Assembly: GCA_964019425.1 (NCBI GenBank)
Contig: OZ025793.1
Coordinates: forward strand, 806,001-870,000
DNA length: 64,000 nucleotides
Reading direction: 5' to 3'
From: Flectonema sp. DT1601
Lineage: Eukaryota
Both the position numbers and the translations under genes were made by a program. This document shows positions 10,302 through 20,765 of the stretch, piece after piece (position 1 is the first letter of the stretch; each line of letters starts with the position of its first letter). The notes under the pieces were generated by a model that was given only the letters and a program-made list of their open reading frames with translations, was not told the origin of the DNA and did no database searches.

Positions 10302-12020
10302 CTAGCACTGACAACCTTCACAGTCGCAACCATATCTGCCTTCAAGGACACTACATTGGTAACCACGTGAGACCCAATAGTCACAGCTGCGTCTTGAGCA
10401 TCCCCTGCTGTTGCGACATCTTCCCGAAGAAACAGGTGCCCGAGTCGGTGGCGAAGGAGCCGATGAGCAAGAATTGCATCCACTGCAATCACAACGACTT
10501 AAACTACCGCAACCATACCCCCTCCCATTCCAGTAGTCACAACTCCTTCCGTAACAACCACTTGTGTCAGTACATCCACGTGCTGGAGGCGCAGGTCGGG
10601 ATGGTGGCGACGGAGCATTTCTCCCACAATTCGAACACCCCGTGCAATCACAGCGGGTCAAACTGCTGCAACCGTACCCTCTTGAGACCCAGTAGTCGCA
10701 ACTCCTTCCAAAGCAACCGGTCTGATCAGCACATCCCGAAGGAGGGGACGGTGGTGTTGGTGGAGATGGCCTGGTTGGTGGAGATGGCGGAGATGGCCTA
10801 GTTGGTGGAGATGGCGGGGTCGGTGGTGTCGGTGGAGAGCTTCCATCACAAGGAATGTTAAGCATCTTATTCGGTGCCCCACGAGGGTCAGAGATAAATC
10901 CATTTCCTGCATTACTCAACAACCAGTTTGTCACGTCCCCCGATGACGCTGAAGGGTTCTGTCCGAGGAATACGGCCATCGCTCCCGCAACGTGCGGAGA
11001 TGCCATGGAAGTGCCCGATAAAGTCGCAGTCGCCGAATCGCGTGATATCCCAGCAGACACGATGCTGGACCCAGGAGCGAAGATGTCGGTACAAGACCCA
11101 AAGTTGGAAAACGATGATCGAGCATCTCTAGAAGTCATCGAAGCAACAGTCACCGCAGAAGGTGCCGAGGCAGGGCTCGATGAGCAGGCGTCTCCGTTTT
11201 CGTTACCAGCAGCCACAGCGAAGCTGACCCCAGAGCGAAAAGCTGCTTCGACAGCATCATTCGTAGAGCGAGAACGGCCACCACCCAGAGACATGTTCAC
11301 GAGTGACGGTCTACCGGTGCGACGAGCCTGCTCGACTACCCACTGAATCCCCCTAATGATACCCGCTGTCGAACCTCCTCCATCATCTCCCAGTACCTTA
11401 ACTGCGATGACGTTCGCCCGCTTCGCCACTCCGTACGTCTTCCCAGCCACAGTCCCAGCAACGTGGGTTCCATGGCCTTGGCGGTCTGAATTCGATGAAC
11501 CACTCACAAAGTTTTCTCCCCAGGTGCACCTTCCTCCATCAAATTCGTCGTGCGAGCAGCGAATCCCCGTGTCCAGTATGTACGCATCAACTCCCTCACC
11601 CCACCTCGCGTTGTGTAAGTACGTTGACCCAACATCGCTCGCACGCTCAACAGTTACTCGCTTCTGTCCCCACGAAACGGGTGAACGCTGGCTGTTTGGA
11701 CACGTTTGCTGACTAATGCGAACGATCCGAACAGGCTCATAGTACTCTACAACACCTTTGTCACCCTTCGCAATCTCACTATCAGCCCATGCCTTCAATG
11801 AGTCGTCGAGTTCTGATTCAACCGCTTCAAAGGTCTCTCCGATTTGGCACAGCCGACCTCCTTGCTGTGAGGACATAATTTTGTCATTCGCTGCACTTCT
11901 TTTGATACCGTTTCGGTACTTTACGATGTACTTGCCCTGAACGATATCTTCATCTGCTTGAACCGCCTGAGAGTTCGCTAATGAAAGGACGTATCCAACT
12001 AGAAATATCGAAGTCTTCAT
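10302..12020 (-). CDS. Secreted subtilisin subtype A, 572 aa
   Basis: Translation identical to 1051-2769. Confidence 0.95.
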   Translation of the reverse strand: MKTSIFLVGYVLSLANSQAVQADEDIVQGKYIVKYRNGIKRSAANDKIMSSQQGGRLCQIGETFEAVESELDDSLKAWADSEIAKGDKGVVEYYEPVRIVRISQQTCPNSQRSPVSWGQKRVTVERASDVGSTYLHNARWGEGVDAYILDTGIRCSHDEFDGGRCTWGENFVSGSSNSDRQGHGTHVAGTVAGKTYGVAKRANVIAVKVLGDDGGGSTAGIIRGIQWVVEQARRTGRPSLVNMSLGGGRSRSTNDAVEAAFRSGVSFAVAAGNENGDACSSSPASAPSAVTVASMTSRDARSSFSNFGSCTDIFAPGSSIVSAGISRDSATATLSGTSMASPHVAGAMAVFLGQNPSASSGDVTNWLLSNAGNGFISDPRGAPNKMLNIPCDGSSPPTPPTPPSPPTRPSPPSPPTRPSPPTPPSPPSGCADQTGCFGRSCDYWVSRGYGCSSLTRCDCTGCSNCGRNAPSPPSRPAPPARGCTDTSGCYGRSCDYWNGRGYGCGSLSRCDCSGCNSCSSAPSPPTRAPVSSGRCRNSRGCSRRSCDYWVSRGYQCSVLEGRYGCDCEGCQC

Positions 12021-12320
12021 TTTGAATTCGGGAAACTGAATTATTTAAATATATTAACAAAATTACATTCGAAATGAAACACGCAACTCACGCAACCTTT
12101 TCCTTGTAGCAACAGTACAAATGCAAAAATTCGTAGTACAACGAACAAGAAAAGGGTTGGTTTCGGGCTAAAATTAAAAAATCTTTCTTCAAACTATTCT
12201 TACTGATGGTTAATATCATTAATTTTAGTATAGAAAAGTGAGAATAAAAAAAAATATATAGAGACTAGTAAAAGAAAAGTATCCATTTCCGCAATCTCCT
12301 AACATCTATGGAGATGATTA

Positions 12321-12584
12321 TTAATTTTTTTCATCAACATCCCAGTCAAGCATTTTGGTATTCTCCCCGATGTCATGCAAAGCAACAATTGAGTTATTTA
12401 TTTGCTCCGAAGTAAATCCGTCGAATTTAGGAATCTCCACAACCTTCTGCTTCTCATTTCCGATACCGATGTTCGTGTTTGTTAATACTTTCTGTACCTC
12501 ATCAATATTTCTAAGGCAGTAGGGTTCATACTTTTCAACTGCGAAGAGCTCCAACAAACCATTCCGTGAGTTGCCGCAGTTCAT
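12321..12584 (-). CDS. Small hypothetical protein, 87 aa (MNCGNSRNG...WDVDEKN)
   Basis: ATG at 12584 directly follows a pyrimidine-rich acceptor (ttttattttttcagacag). Ordinary globular composition, no recognised domain. It could instead be a terminal exon. Confidence 0.45.
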   Translation of the reverse strand: MNCGNSRNGLLELFAVEKYEPYCLRNIDEVQKVLTNTNIGIGNEKQKVVEIPKFDGFTSEQINNSIVALHDIGENTKMLDWDVDEKN

Positions 12585-12676
12585 CTGTCTGAAAAAATAA
12601 AAGTCAACACAAAATACTAATATTTTTTTTGTTGAAGCAACGAATCTTCTCAAAAAAGTTGTTTTTTTTTTATATA

Positions 12677-14490
12677 TTAGTCATTCCAAAAATAACCGTC
12701 CATTTTAGGGTTCCAGTATTTCATGGGTGAAAATAGGGAGTAAAACTTAAAACCGAATACCTATTTTAATCGCTTTTGCACCGCTGATTTCATTCCCGCT
12801 GCGATTCAAAAAAATGCAGCTAAAATTCAAAAAAATTGTGACATTTTTGTGTGGTGAAAATTTTGAATAATGGAACTGTTGATGTCTAATCGGCTGCCCC
12901 GGGTGCTAAAATGAAAGATCGGTATATGGTTCTATATCCGGCCGTACCTGGTCGGATGTTTTACTCTGAAACAGTTACAAAGGCTGCTCGAAGCAAAACA
13001 GTACCTTGTACATCTTACACTACACTTAACCTATTTTTATTTTTGATTAGGCTTAGCTCTTTTGGCAACTTTTACTGCTGGCTTTTTTCGTTTTCCTACC
13101 GGCAATGAACCGATAATAGAACTAGTTGAACGCAGCGATCTGAAACTGGAACTAGAACTAGATTCACTAACAGAGTAAGATTCAGTAGAAGACTCACCAG
13201 AATCTGAGGTGAGTTCAGTTGTTTCTGAAATAGACTCACTCTCAGTGTTGGTAGCAGGTGAAAGTTGGCTCGCACCAACCCCCACATTTGGAAAAGCAGC
13301 CAGCAGGATTTTAACGCCTTGGGATAGAATAAGTTCAACGGCCTGCATTGGTTGCAGTGGCCAAAGAAGCAGTTGTAAGACGGGTCTCGACATAGTATGA
13401 GTGGTAGGTCACTCAAGCGGGTTAGCTGAAATCTTCTCAGGCCCACAAGTCTCATATAAGCAGGAAGGATAAGTGCAATTTGCATGTGCCACCTGCAACG
13501 GCATCGAGGGTTATTCGGACAAGATTTGACATGAGCAGGCCTTTTGTCACAAAACTGAGCATATGAGATAGCTGTGTGAGTTCTGCAGAAGGCACTCCAC
13601 AAGGCAAGGTATGGTTCTCTTACATAGAGGACTGTCTCTTTACTTGTCTCGCCGGTTATGTAGTCTTTGCTGAGGACCACGCGGTTTGACTCAGGGCGTG
13701 CTTTACTGATTGGGAGGGATCGTGCTGTTCCAGCCTCTGTAGCTGCTTACGCATTGAAGAATCCCTGACATGGGCATTAATCTGGCTATCAGTGTAGCCT
13801 AGCGTGAGACAGAGTCTCAAAAACTGAGAACGGACAGCAGGAACTGATTCTTTCACGCGTTCAAAAATATCGGAGCGCGGTTCCGGATTGATCGGCTCTG
13901 CAGGGATACTGACGGATGCGTAATGCGGATCACTAGTCAGCCTTTTTGCTCGCTGGTAGCAAGCGTTGCAGATTGAGCGCAGAGGAGCATACGCCGGGAT
14001 TTCAAGACTACCGCGAAGTCACGGCAGGGTGGCTCAAGAAGCTTGTTGAACTTCGGATTCCGTCTTTTCGCGTTAGTGTGCGAGGTGCAGTTGTAGTTGT
14101 CTGAGGAGCACTCAGCTGGCATCTCGTGGCACGTGTGACACTTCATTGAGAGAAGTTTAAGCTGGTGCTTAAGGGAATAATAAGTGTAGTTACGAGAAAA
14201 AATGCCAATCTCTGATGCATTTCCCTTTTTTTTCCAGAAAAAAATTAAATGCAGCAACAGGATTAACTTTTCCGTGCCGACAGTGACATTCTCTTAGTAC
14301 CCATAACGCACCTGTCAGGTTCTAACGGTCAGTAAAAAAAGTGAAAAAAAAATAATCCCACCGCGTAAAATGAGAGATTGGGACCGAACCTTTCCACCTC
14401 GTAAAAAATCTCGAAAATGGACGCATTTTTGACCAACGGCTGCTCGAAGCAAAACTGGTTTTCGCGGCCGGTTATTTTTGGAATGACTAA
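12677..14490 (-). mobile_element. Non-autonomous TIR DNA transposon with a fragmented Cys-rich, Sola-like transposase N-terminus
   Basis: Perfect inverted repeats TTAGTCATTCCAAAAATAACCG / CGGTTATTTTTGGAATGACTAA, flanked by a 4-bp duplication (TATA, or ATAT if shifted 1 bp). Frameshifted ORF pieces 13937-14257, 13656-13856 and 13096-13680 contain ISYAQFCDKRPAHV..CRCRWH..CFFGHCNQC. Confidence 0.85.
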
Positions 14491-14645
14491 TATACTGTGA
14501 CCAAAGTAACATAATTAGATCGAAAAGAAAAGATACTTCCCACTAAACTACAGAAAATCTCATTGGAAAACGATACTTTCTATAACAAAGCAAACAGATC
14601 TATTAAATGGCACGTAGGTGGAAAAAAAAAAAAAAAAGCGATTAC

Positions 14646-15247
14646 CATAGATGGAAGTGCCCTACAATTTGGAGGGCGTGTAGGGCGCTTTTAATATAAA
14701 TATTATTTCGGAGGGCGCTTTTTTTTACCTTTTTTATTACTTTTAGACAGCTAAATTGACGGGGACTTACACTGACGCACAAGTATTATAACGCAGAAGC
14801 CAAAAAAAGATTTTTGACATGCTTGGCAGTCTTTCGAAAAAGAGAAAAAAGGGTGTCACGGGGTTCGAACCCGAGACCTCCAGGTCATGGTTCGGCGGTC
14901 AACAATGGCAAAAACAATGGGCCACTCAGCCTGCTGCAATCCCTGAAGCTGAAACTCATTTCAGTGGACGATGCATCCCAGATCTACAAGGAGCTGATTA
15001 GCCCGCAGAATGCACCGAGTCGAATATAGAGGGATTCGAGGAGGGAGAGTGCGTTCTTGCTAACCTGTTAATAGGCCGGTCTTCACGGTACCTTGTGAGA
15101 AAAAAAAGAAGTATACTGGTGGCAAGTAAACTGATATCCCAGAGACGCATTTGATCGGGCATTATATTAAATTTAATTTAAAAAGCGCCCTCCAGCGCCC
15201 TATTTTGGCCTACAATGGCCCAAATTTGGGGGGCACTTCCATCTATG
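14646..15247. mobile_element. MITE-like element, about 600 bp
   Basis: TIRs CATAGATGGAAGTGCCC / GGGCACTTCCATCTATG, extending imperfectly inward with AGGGCG repeats. Flanked by GATTAC at 14640-14645 and 15248-15253 (or ATTA if the ends are CC..GG). Confidence 0.9.
14851..14933 (-). pseudogene. Degenerate tRNA-like sequence inside the MITE
   Basis: Minus strand has an A-box-like AGGCTGAGTGG, then GGAGGTC-TCGGGTTCGAACCCCG (B box/T arm), then a T run. The D region is disrupted by a duplicated CCATTGTT and the stems pair poorly. Confidence 0.6.
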
Positions 15248-15292
15248 GATTACGAACATTAATATCGTATCAGCCTTTTGTGTAGTGTCAGG

Positions 15293-18200
15293 CTAATTTA
15301 CCTCTCCTACAACCTTGAAGAAAGGAAGAACAGGTTTTGGAGCCACTCGGATCCTCCGAATGCCTAACATGTTTAGTGAGGAATTGTGATTGGAACTGGT
15401 GCTGTTGTCAGCCAGAGGTGAACGGATTTTATGGACACGGGTCTGAACCTGAACCGAACTTGATTTAACATGCGGTCGTTGAGGTTGTTCTCGAATAGTA
15501 AAATCATCTTCACTATCATCACTGCAATCAGGTATCTGTCTGGCTCTGTGCAATTGCAGTAACCCAGCTGTCAGATTTAACTGCCCATGAACGTCTATGA
15601 CTGGATCAGGTGTCACGGCCTTCTTGTTAATATTTTTATTTTTCGTTGCTGCCGCTGCTGTGAACCTCTCCCAATGAATGCTACCGACACGAGTGCTGAA
15701 TCCTTGTGACAGACGAGGCTTCATTTTCTTCTTGGTGTTCTTATCTTTATTCTTAGTGTCGTCTACAAAACTAACAGTCACATCATTAGTTACATCAGAA
15801 CGCTGGCCCCAGCGTGTTGAGAATTCTGCCAACATGGCTGCAGGAAGTCCTGGTTGATGTTTAATAACTTGTTTCTTATTCCTCGATAGTCTTTTATCAG
15901 GTTCTGTACTGATCTCTGATGGTGTAATTACACGCCTTTGGAATACCTTTCTCGGTTGAAGTGCTCGTGCCGTTGTAACACTTGTATCAAGGACAAACTT
16001 ATCTGGTCCTGCCAATGACTTGCGGTGGTCTCGAAGCTTCTGCAGCTGCGTATTCACTTCGATTGTTCGTCGACGTTCCGCAGCATTCCCAACCTCCCCA
16101 ACCAACGATGCAACAACAAAGTTGAGACCTCCATCAACCGAAGTCGGAATCGCAGGCGTAAAGACGTTCTCCGAGCAAGTTGGTGAGCATTCCTGTGACA
16201 CTCCAGAACTTCTTTCTTCATCAGTTAGACTTGTTAACTCCGCAACAGTTTCTATCTTCAACGGACTTCCCAATTGCTGAGGATGACAATTTGAGTTACT
16301 CACCTGCAAGAGGGAGAGTCCAAAGGAACTGAGTCGGCGACGTAAACCGTCTTCAGTGGAGTTCTCAATATCCAAATTATTTTGGATTTCAGAAGAGAGA
16401 ATAACAGCGCTAGCGCGACGCTGAGCTGACGGGACTGCAAGACCAGAGGGCTTTCCAGTAGTGTCGGCATTTTGAGGAGTTTTTCTTCCGTTCACACTTT
16501 TTGAAGCAATCGCAGGAAGTAAGTTTTCCTGAAGCAATGAGAGCCGTCCAGAACTTAAACTGCAGAGAGATCTCGGTGATGACAGAGCTGCGTTCGCGGG
16601 ACTAATTACCGACATCGATACTGCGTCAGTTGAACAAGAAGAATATGATGATTCGTATTCATCACAAAGTACATTCTTAACAGCTTGACCCATTCTGAGT
16701 CCCATTTCCGACTTCAAAATTTTCTTCACTTCCTTACGACCCTTTCTTCCAAAATGCATCGCTCTCATCGGACGGGTGCTGAGCTCGTTATCCGATACAA
16801 ACCTCTTTGGACGACACGACTTCCTTTCCCTATCTTGTTTTTGAAGAAAATGAGTCGCAACTGCTCCATTACCTTTTGCATCGCATCCCGTGCAATTCCA
16901 CTTTCTCCTTCGCAGTGAAACTGGGGCGTACTCGCCTTCAGAACTGTTTACATTATCTAATATTCCGCAGTACTCTAACACTTTAGTCGGGTCTGGTTGC
17001 AACCCGCGGTTTTTAACAATAGCAACATTGCACTGACAAGTTCGAAAGGCTCCCTGCGTGATGGCCGTGTCATGGCAAAATTGAAGGCAAGAACCACCAA
17101 GAACAGCATACATGGCGCCGGTAGCGAGGAGCGATTTCTGTTGGTAGCCCTGACGGAAAAACCATTTTGCACCAGGTAGTTCTTCGAATGGAGAAACAGT
17201 TTCTTCTCCAGGGATGTCATCAGAACCAGGTAGTATTACTTTATCACCAAAAGGAGTGCAGTAGTCGTCAGCTACTGTGACTGGAACGTTGTAAGGAGAG
17301 TGTTGAAGCTGATCAAGTTGACCAATTAAAACTAAATTACAACTCCATAACGTTATCGATCTGTCTGTTGCACCGACTAGAACAATCTTACTTAACGGAT
17401 CACAATGAGTGTGAGTAATCGACACCGACTCTGTTGAGTGTGGCCTAAGTATTACTTCCTTCTCAATTATAAATCCAGTAGTGGATATTTCATCAGGATT
17501 AGCTGCTTCATGAAACATATTTTCCTTGTAGAGCTGTTCAGCATATGAAAGAGAAGATGCGAAGACAGTCATCCCCATCTGTCTTAACATTCCCTCTAAG
17601 GAAACTTTCAAAATAGAACCACCTGCAGTTCCGCAGTAAACTAATTGTCTCACCCAGTACCATGAGATAGAATGAACAACACTTTGACATTTCCACAAAC
17701 AAAGTAACTTAAATGGACTTGGATGAGGAGGAAGTGACCATAAACAAAGCTGTCCTGAAGCATCAACAGATACGAGAAGGGGAAATCCCGTTAAGAATTC
17801 GATAATAATAATTTCAGACCCGTGCGGTGGTACTTCAAACTGAGTTATGACGTTGAAGTCTTCACTTCTGCGAACTTTCGCTTCGAATAAAGTTATGAAA
17901 CCTTTTCTATCTCCTATCGCAAGCCTATTAAGAGTGTCACTAAATGAAAGACAGCGAATATCAATAGAAGGAAAGCATCTCGGATCCACAGAGAGGTTTG
18001 TTAAAGTACCTCCTTCTCCAGAAGCAGTATCCATATAAATCTGAGCAGTGCCATCCCACCGTTGAACAATGAGGAATTGTCTCCCAGATCCATACGACAA
18101 ACTGTGAACTTCTTCACCACAACTAGAAAACACCCTAATCAACACACAAGAACAGCTGTTGTGGGAAGTTACCCTCCCGCTTTCTGTTCCCGCGAAGAGC

Positions 18201-19879
18201 TTTCTTCCGGTGTCTGAAATAGCGAGTGCAGTTATGCTACCGAATGACGCCTTGCTGTGGTGTTGTACTACAGTGAGCTCTCCCGTCAAGGCATTCCATG
18301 TTTTAATAGAAGCACCACAAGCAGTAATGATAACAGACCTGACTGGGTCATAACATAAAGCTGATATAGGCTCATCATCGAATGTGATAGTGTCAAGAGG
18401 ACCAGGGATACCATAACAGAAGAAAGCTTGTGTACGCGAAGCAGTTGCACAAAAAACCCTCATATCTAAATCATAACTTATCGAGTGCCATGTCGTTAAC
18501 TCCGTCACTCCTGGAAGGGTGCAGAGTTTAATAGTTTGACAGGGCTTCCAGTCCCTGTTATCCCAAACTTTCAATACACCAGTACCGTCAAGGGTCAAAC
18601 AGTGAGGTACTGCATGAACAGCAGCAACATCAACAACAGGAGCTGCATGAGGTGAATGGCCATCAATCAAAGGAAGCGGCAACGAAGGTCTGCTTTGAAT
18701 TAACCATGCTTTTGCATGTGGCTCATAACCACAAGTTATAAGAAACGTTGTTCCATCGTCACCCACATTTAATAAAGCCATTCTTGTGATTCCGAGGTTG
18801 TGATTAGTAGTAAACGAAATATCTGACTGGTTGCTGAGGTGGGCAGACTTTCCCAAGTCTGCTGTGATTCTCGCAGCATCAAGTAATATCAATCGGTGTA
18901 ATGTCAACCCATCGAGAATAGCTAGAGTACCATCAAGGGATGACGTTGCTAACCCACCCGCTTCACCATATCCTGGCAGAGTTAAGACTTCTGTAATTGC
19001 ACACGTGTGAGGCGTTGACATCATGTGAGGCGCAATGTCGCTGTTTTCACGCAATAGCTGTGCTGCCACATACATTCTAATCACTCCGGATCTCCCACCA
19101 GCATATAAGAATCCACTCCGTTGAACATATCTCAAAGCGAGTATGGTGTCAGGTACAGGCATAACCCGCTTTTGTTTACATCCTCTCCACGATTCACAAA
19201 ATCGAAGAGTCAAGTCAGTGACAGCAAGTACAACAGAATGCAATTCAGGAATGTACTCTGCCGCACTTACAGTACTTCTATCTGATACAGATGGCAGTAC
19301 TGTAGTTGGAGCAGAATCCTGACTTCCTAAAGGGTTACTGACTAGTTGGCTGAGTTTTTTTTTTTTTTCTTTCTCGTCGTCTTCGGTCTCAGTGGAATCG
19401 AGAGATTTGAACTCAAACAACTCGCAGTGCCTGCCGAGTGCAATTAATTTCCCACGTCCTGGTAGGTACCTAGATCCGTGAAACTTACTTCCCTTAAGAG
19501 AAAGGCTACCGTAGTATGTGTAATTTTTTACTGTTTCACAGTACTCTCCCTCTCTTCCCTGCATAGTGGTGTCAATCAAGAATGATATGAGCTCATCCCA
19601 AGTAACGTAACCTCTGCAGTAGCAGTCAATGTTGCAATGAAGCTGTAACAACAGTCTGCTAATCTCATTGTCATCTGTTGAGAATCCAAAGCTCAAGTCA
19701 GTTCTATGTTTCTTACACTTCCTAACGTACCACTTGAAGAGAGTAACAAACAGTTCCCTGTCCATTCCCTTCCCTCCGTCACGTTCCAAAACTACTTCTT
19801 TCATTCCTTCAAAATTCTGATTCAGAAGGTGCAGGATGTCGATCGCGAAATCGCGTTCATTATTCTTCTGAGAGTCCAT
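15293..19879 (-). CDS. EF-hand-like plus WD40-repeat protein, 1528 aa
   Basis: N-terminal degenerate EF-hand (IDCYCRGYVTWDELISFL). Many WD-type repeats (TSSLDGTLAILD, LDGTGVLKVWD, SIKTWN, ATDRSITLWS). Disordered Ser/Arg-rich tail. Confidence 0.88.
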   Translation of the reverse strand: MDSQKNNERDFAIDILHLLNQNFEGMKEVVLERDGGKGMDRELFVTLFKWYVRKCKKHRTDLSFGFSTDDNEISRLLLQLHCNIDCYCRGYVTWDELISFLIDTTMQGREGEYCETVKNYTYYGSLSLKGSKFHGSRYLPGRGKLIALGRHCELFEFKSLDSTETEDDEKEKKKKLSQLVSNPLGSQDSAPTTVLPSVSDRSTVSAAEYIPELHSVVLAVTDLTLRFCESWRGCKQKRVMPVPDTILALRYVQRSGFLYAGGRSGVIRMYVAAQLLRENSDIAPHMMSTPHTCAITEVLTLPGYGEAGGLATSSLDGTLAILDGLTLHRLILLDAARITADLGKSAHLSNQSDISFTTNHNLGITRMALLNVGDDGTTFLITCGYEPHAKAWLIQSRPSLPLPLIDGHSPHAAPVVDVAAVHAVPHCLTLDGTGVLKVWDNRDWKPCQTIKLCTLPGVTELTTWHSISYDLDMRVFCATASRTQAFFCYGIPGPLDTITFDDEPISALCYDPVRSVIITACGASIKTWNALTGELTVVQHHSKASFGSITALAISDTGRKLFAGTESGRVTSHNSCSCVLIRVFSSCGEEVHSLSYGSGRQFLIVQRWDGTAQIYMDTASGEGGTLTNLSVDPRCFPSIDIRCLSFSDTLNRLAIGDRKGFITLFEAKVRRSEDFNVITQFEVPPHGSEIIIIEFLTGFPLLVSVDASGQLCLWSLPPHPSPFKLLCLWKCQSVVHSISWYWVRQLVYCGTAGGSILKVSLEGMLRQMGMTVFASSLSYAEQLYKENMFHEAANPDEISTTGFIIEKEVILRPHSTESVSITHTHCDPLSKIVLVGATDRSITLWSCNLVLIGQLDQLQHSPYNVPVTVADDYCTPFGDKVILPGSDDIPGEETVSPFEELPGAKWFFRQGYQQKSLLATGAMYAVLGGSCLQFCHDTAITQGAFRTCQCNVAIVKNRGLQPDPTKVLEYCGILDNVNSSEGEYAPVSLRRRKWNCTGCDAKGNGAVATHFLQKQDRERKSCRPKRFVSDNELSTRPMRAMHFGRKGRKEVKKILKSEMGLRMGQAVKNVLCDEYESSYSSCSTDAVSMSVISPANAALSSPRSLCSLSSGRLSLLQENLLPAIASKSVNGRKTPQNADTTGKPSGLAVPSAQRRASAVILSSEIQNNLDIENSTEDGLRRRLSSFGLSLLQVSNSNCHPQQLGSPLKIETVAELTSLTDEERSSGVSQECSPTCSENVFTPAIPTSVDGGLNFVVASLVGEVGNAAERRRTIEVNTQLQKLRDHRKSLAGPDKFVLDTSVTTARALQPRKVFQRRVITPSEISTEPDKRLSRNKKQVIKHQPGLPAAMLAEFSTRWGQRSDVTNDVTVSFVDDTKNKDKNTKKKMKPRLSQGFSTRVGSIHWERFTAAAATKNKNINKKAVTPDPVIDVHGQLNLTAGLLQLHRARQIPDCSDDSEDDFTIREQPQRPHVKSSSVQVQTRVHKIRSPLADNSTSSNHNSSLNMLGIRRIRVAPKPVLPFFKVVGEVN

Positions 19880-20558
19880 TCTCTCTCAACAGCATGTAGG
19901 TTGGGCATGTGTGTGTGTTGTATCCGGTTACTTGGTACTCATACCTGTGGGTGGAGAAGAGTTGGAATAAGCAACCACTCAATCAATAATTAAGTACCTC
20001 TCCGTTCAAGAACTTTGTTCTGCTCATTCCAAAGTAATCCGCTGATGAGAACCTTAAAACTATTATATCATTCAGGCCGGAAACAATAAAAGAGAAAAAC
20101 AAAAAGAAAAGAAAAATAAGAAACTTCGTCAACTGCAATCAGGTACTGTTAGTACAGTTTTCCTCAATATTTCTTGAGCGGGAAAAGAAAAAAAACATAT
20201 GTGAAACTGCCTTATGTTACCTTCGTGTGTAGATATTTAAACTGCGACAAAAAAGAAAAAGAATAAACCAAATTGATAAAGACAAGACTACCTTCTTCAT
20301 TGCTTTAAATCCTGGGAAGTTAAATTGAACATAAGCGGGTCGTGTTTGTCAAAACCAAATCAAAAGCGAACGCACAAGAAAAAGTACAACAATTGCAGAA
20401 CAGAGGAAGACAACAACAAGTAACTATAAGCGGAATACCGAAGTACACCACGGCAGTTCAGAATTAAACAGAGAACTTAACAAAGAATACAAGTTTTCTT
20501 TTTTTCTTTTTCTTTTTTTTTTTGGATATTTTTCTTTTGTGTTTTATTTTTATTTTAC

Positions 20559-20590
<32 letters not shown>

Positions 20591-20765
20591 CTAACGACAC
20601 AAATACATCAACCCAGTGCGGTGAACAGGGACAAGGCACAGCTAACTTGTTCACAATGACAAGTTCTTACACATGCCGACTCCTCTCCTTTCCTCTCTCC
20701 TTTCTTCTCCTCTCCACTACATTCAGGACATAGCTTAACCACATGAATAGCAGTCAATCAATAGC

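Noticed and set aside
14851..14933. Functional tRNA
   Set aside because: Acceptor and anticodon stems do not pair and the D arm is disrupted.
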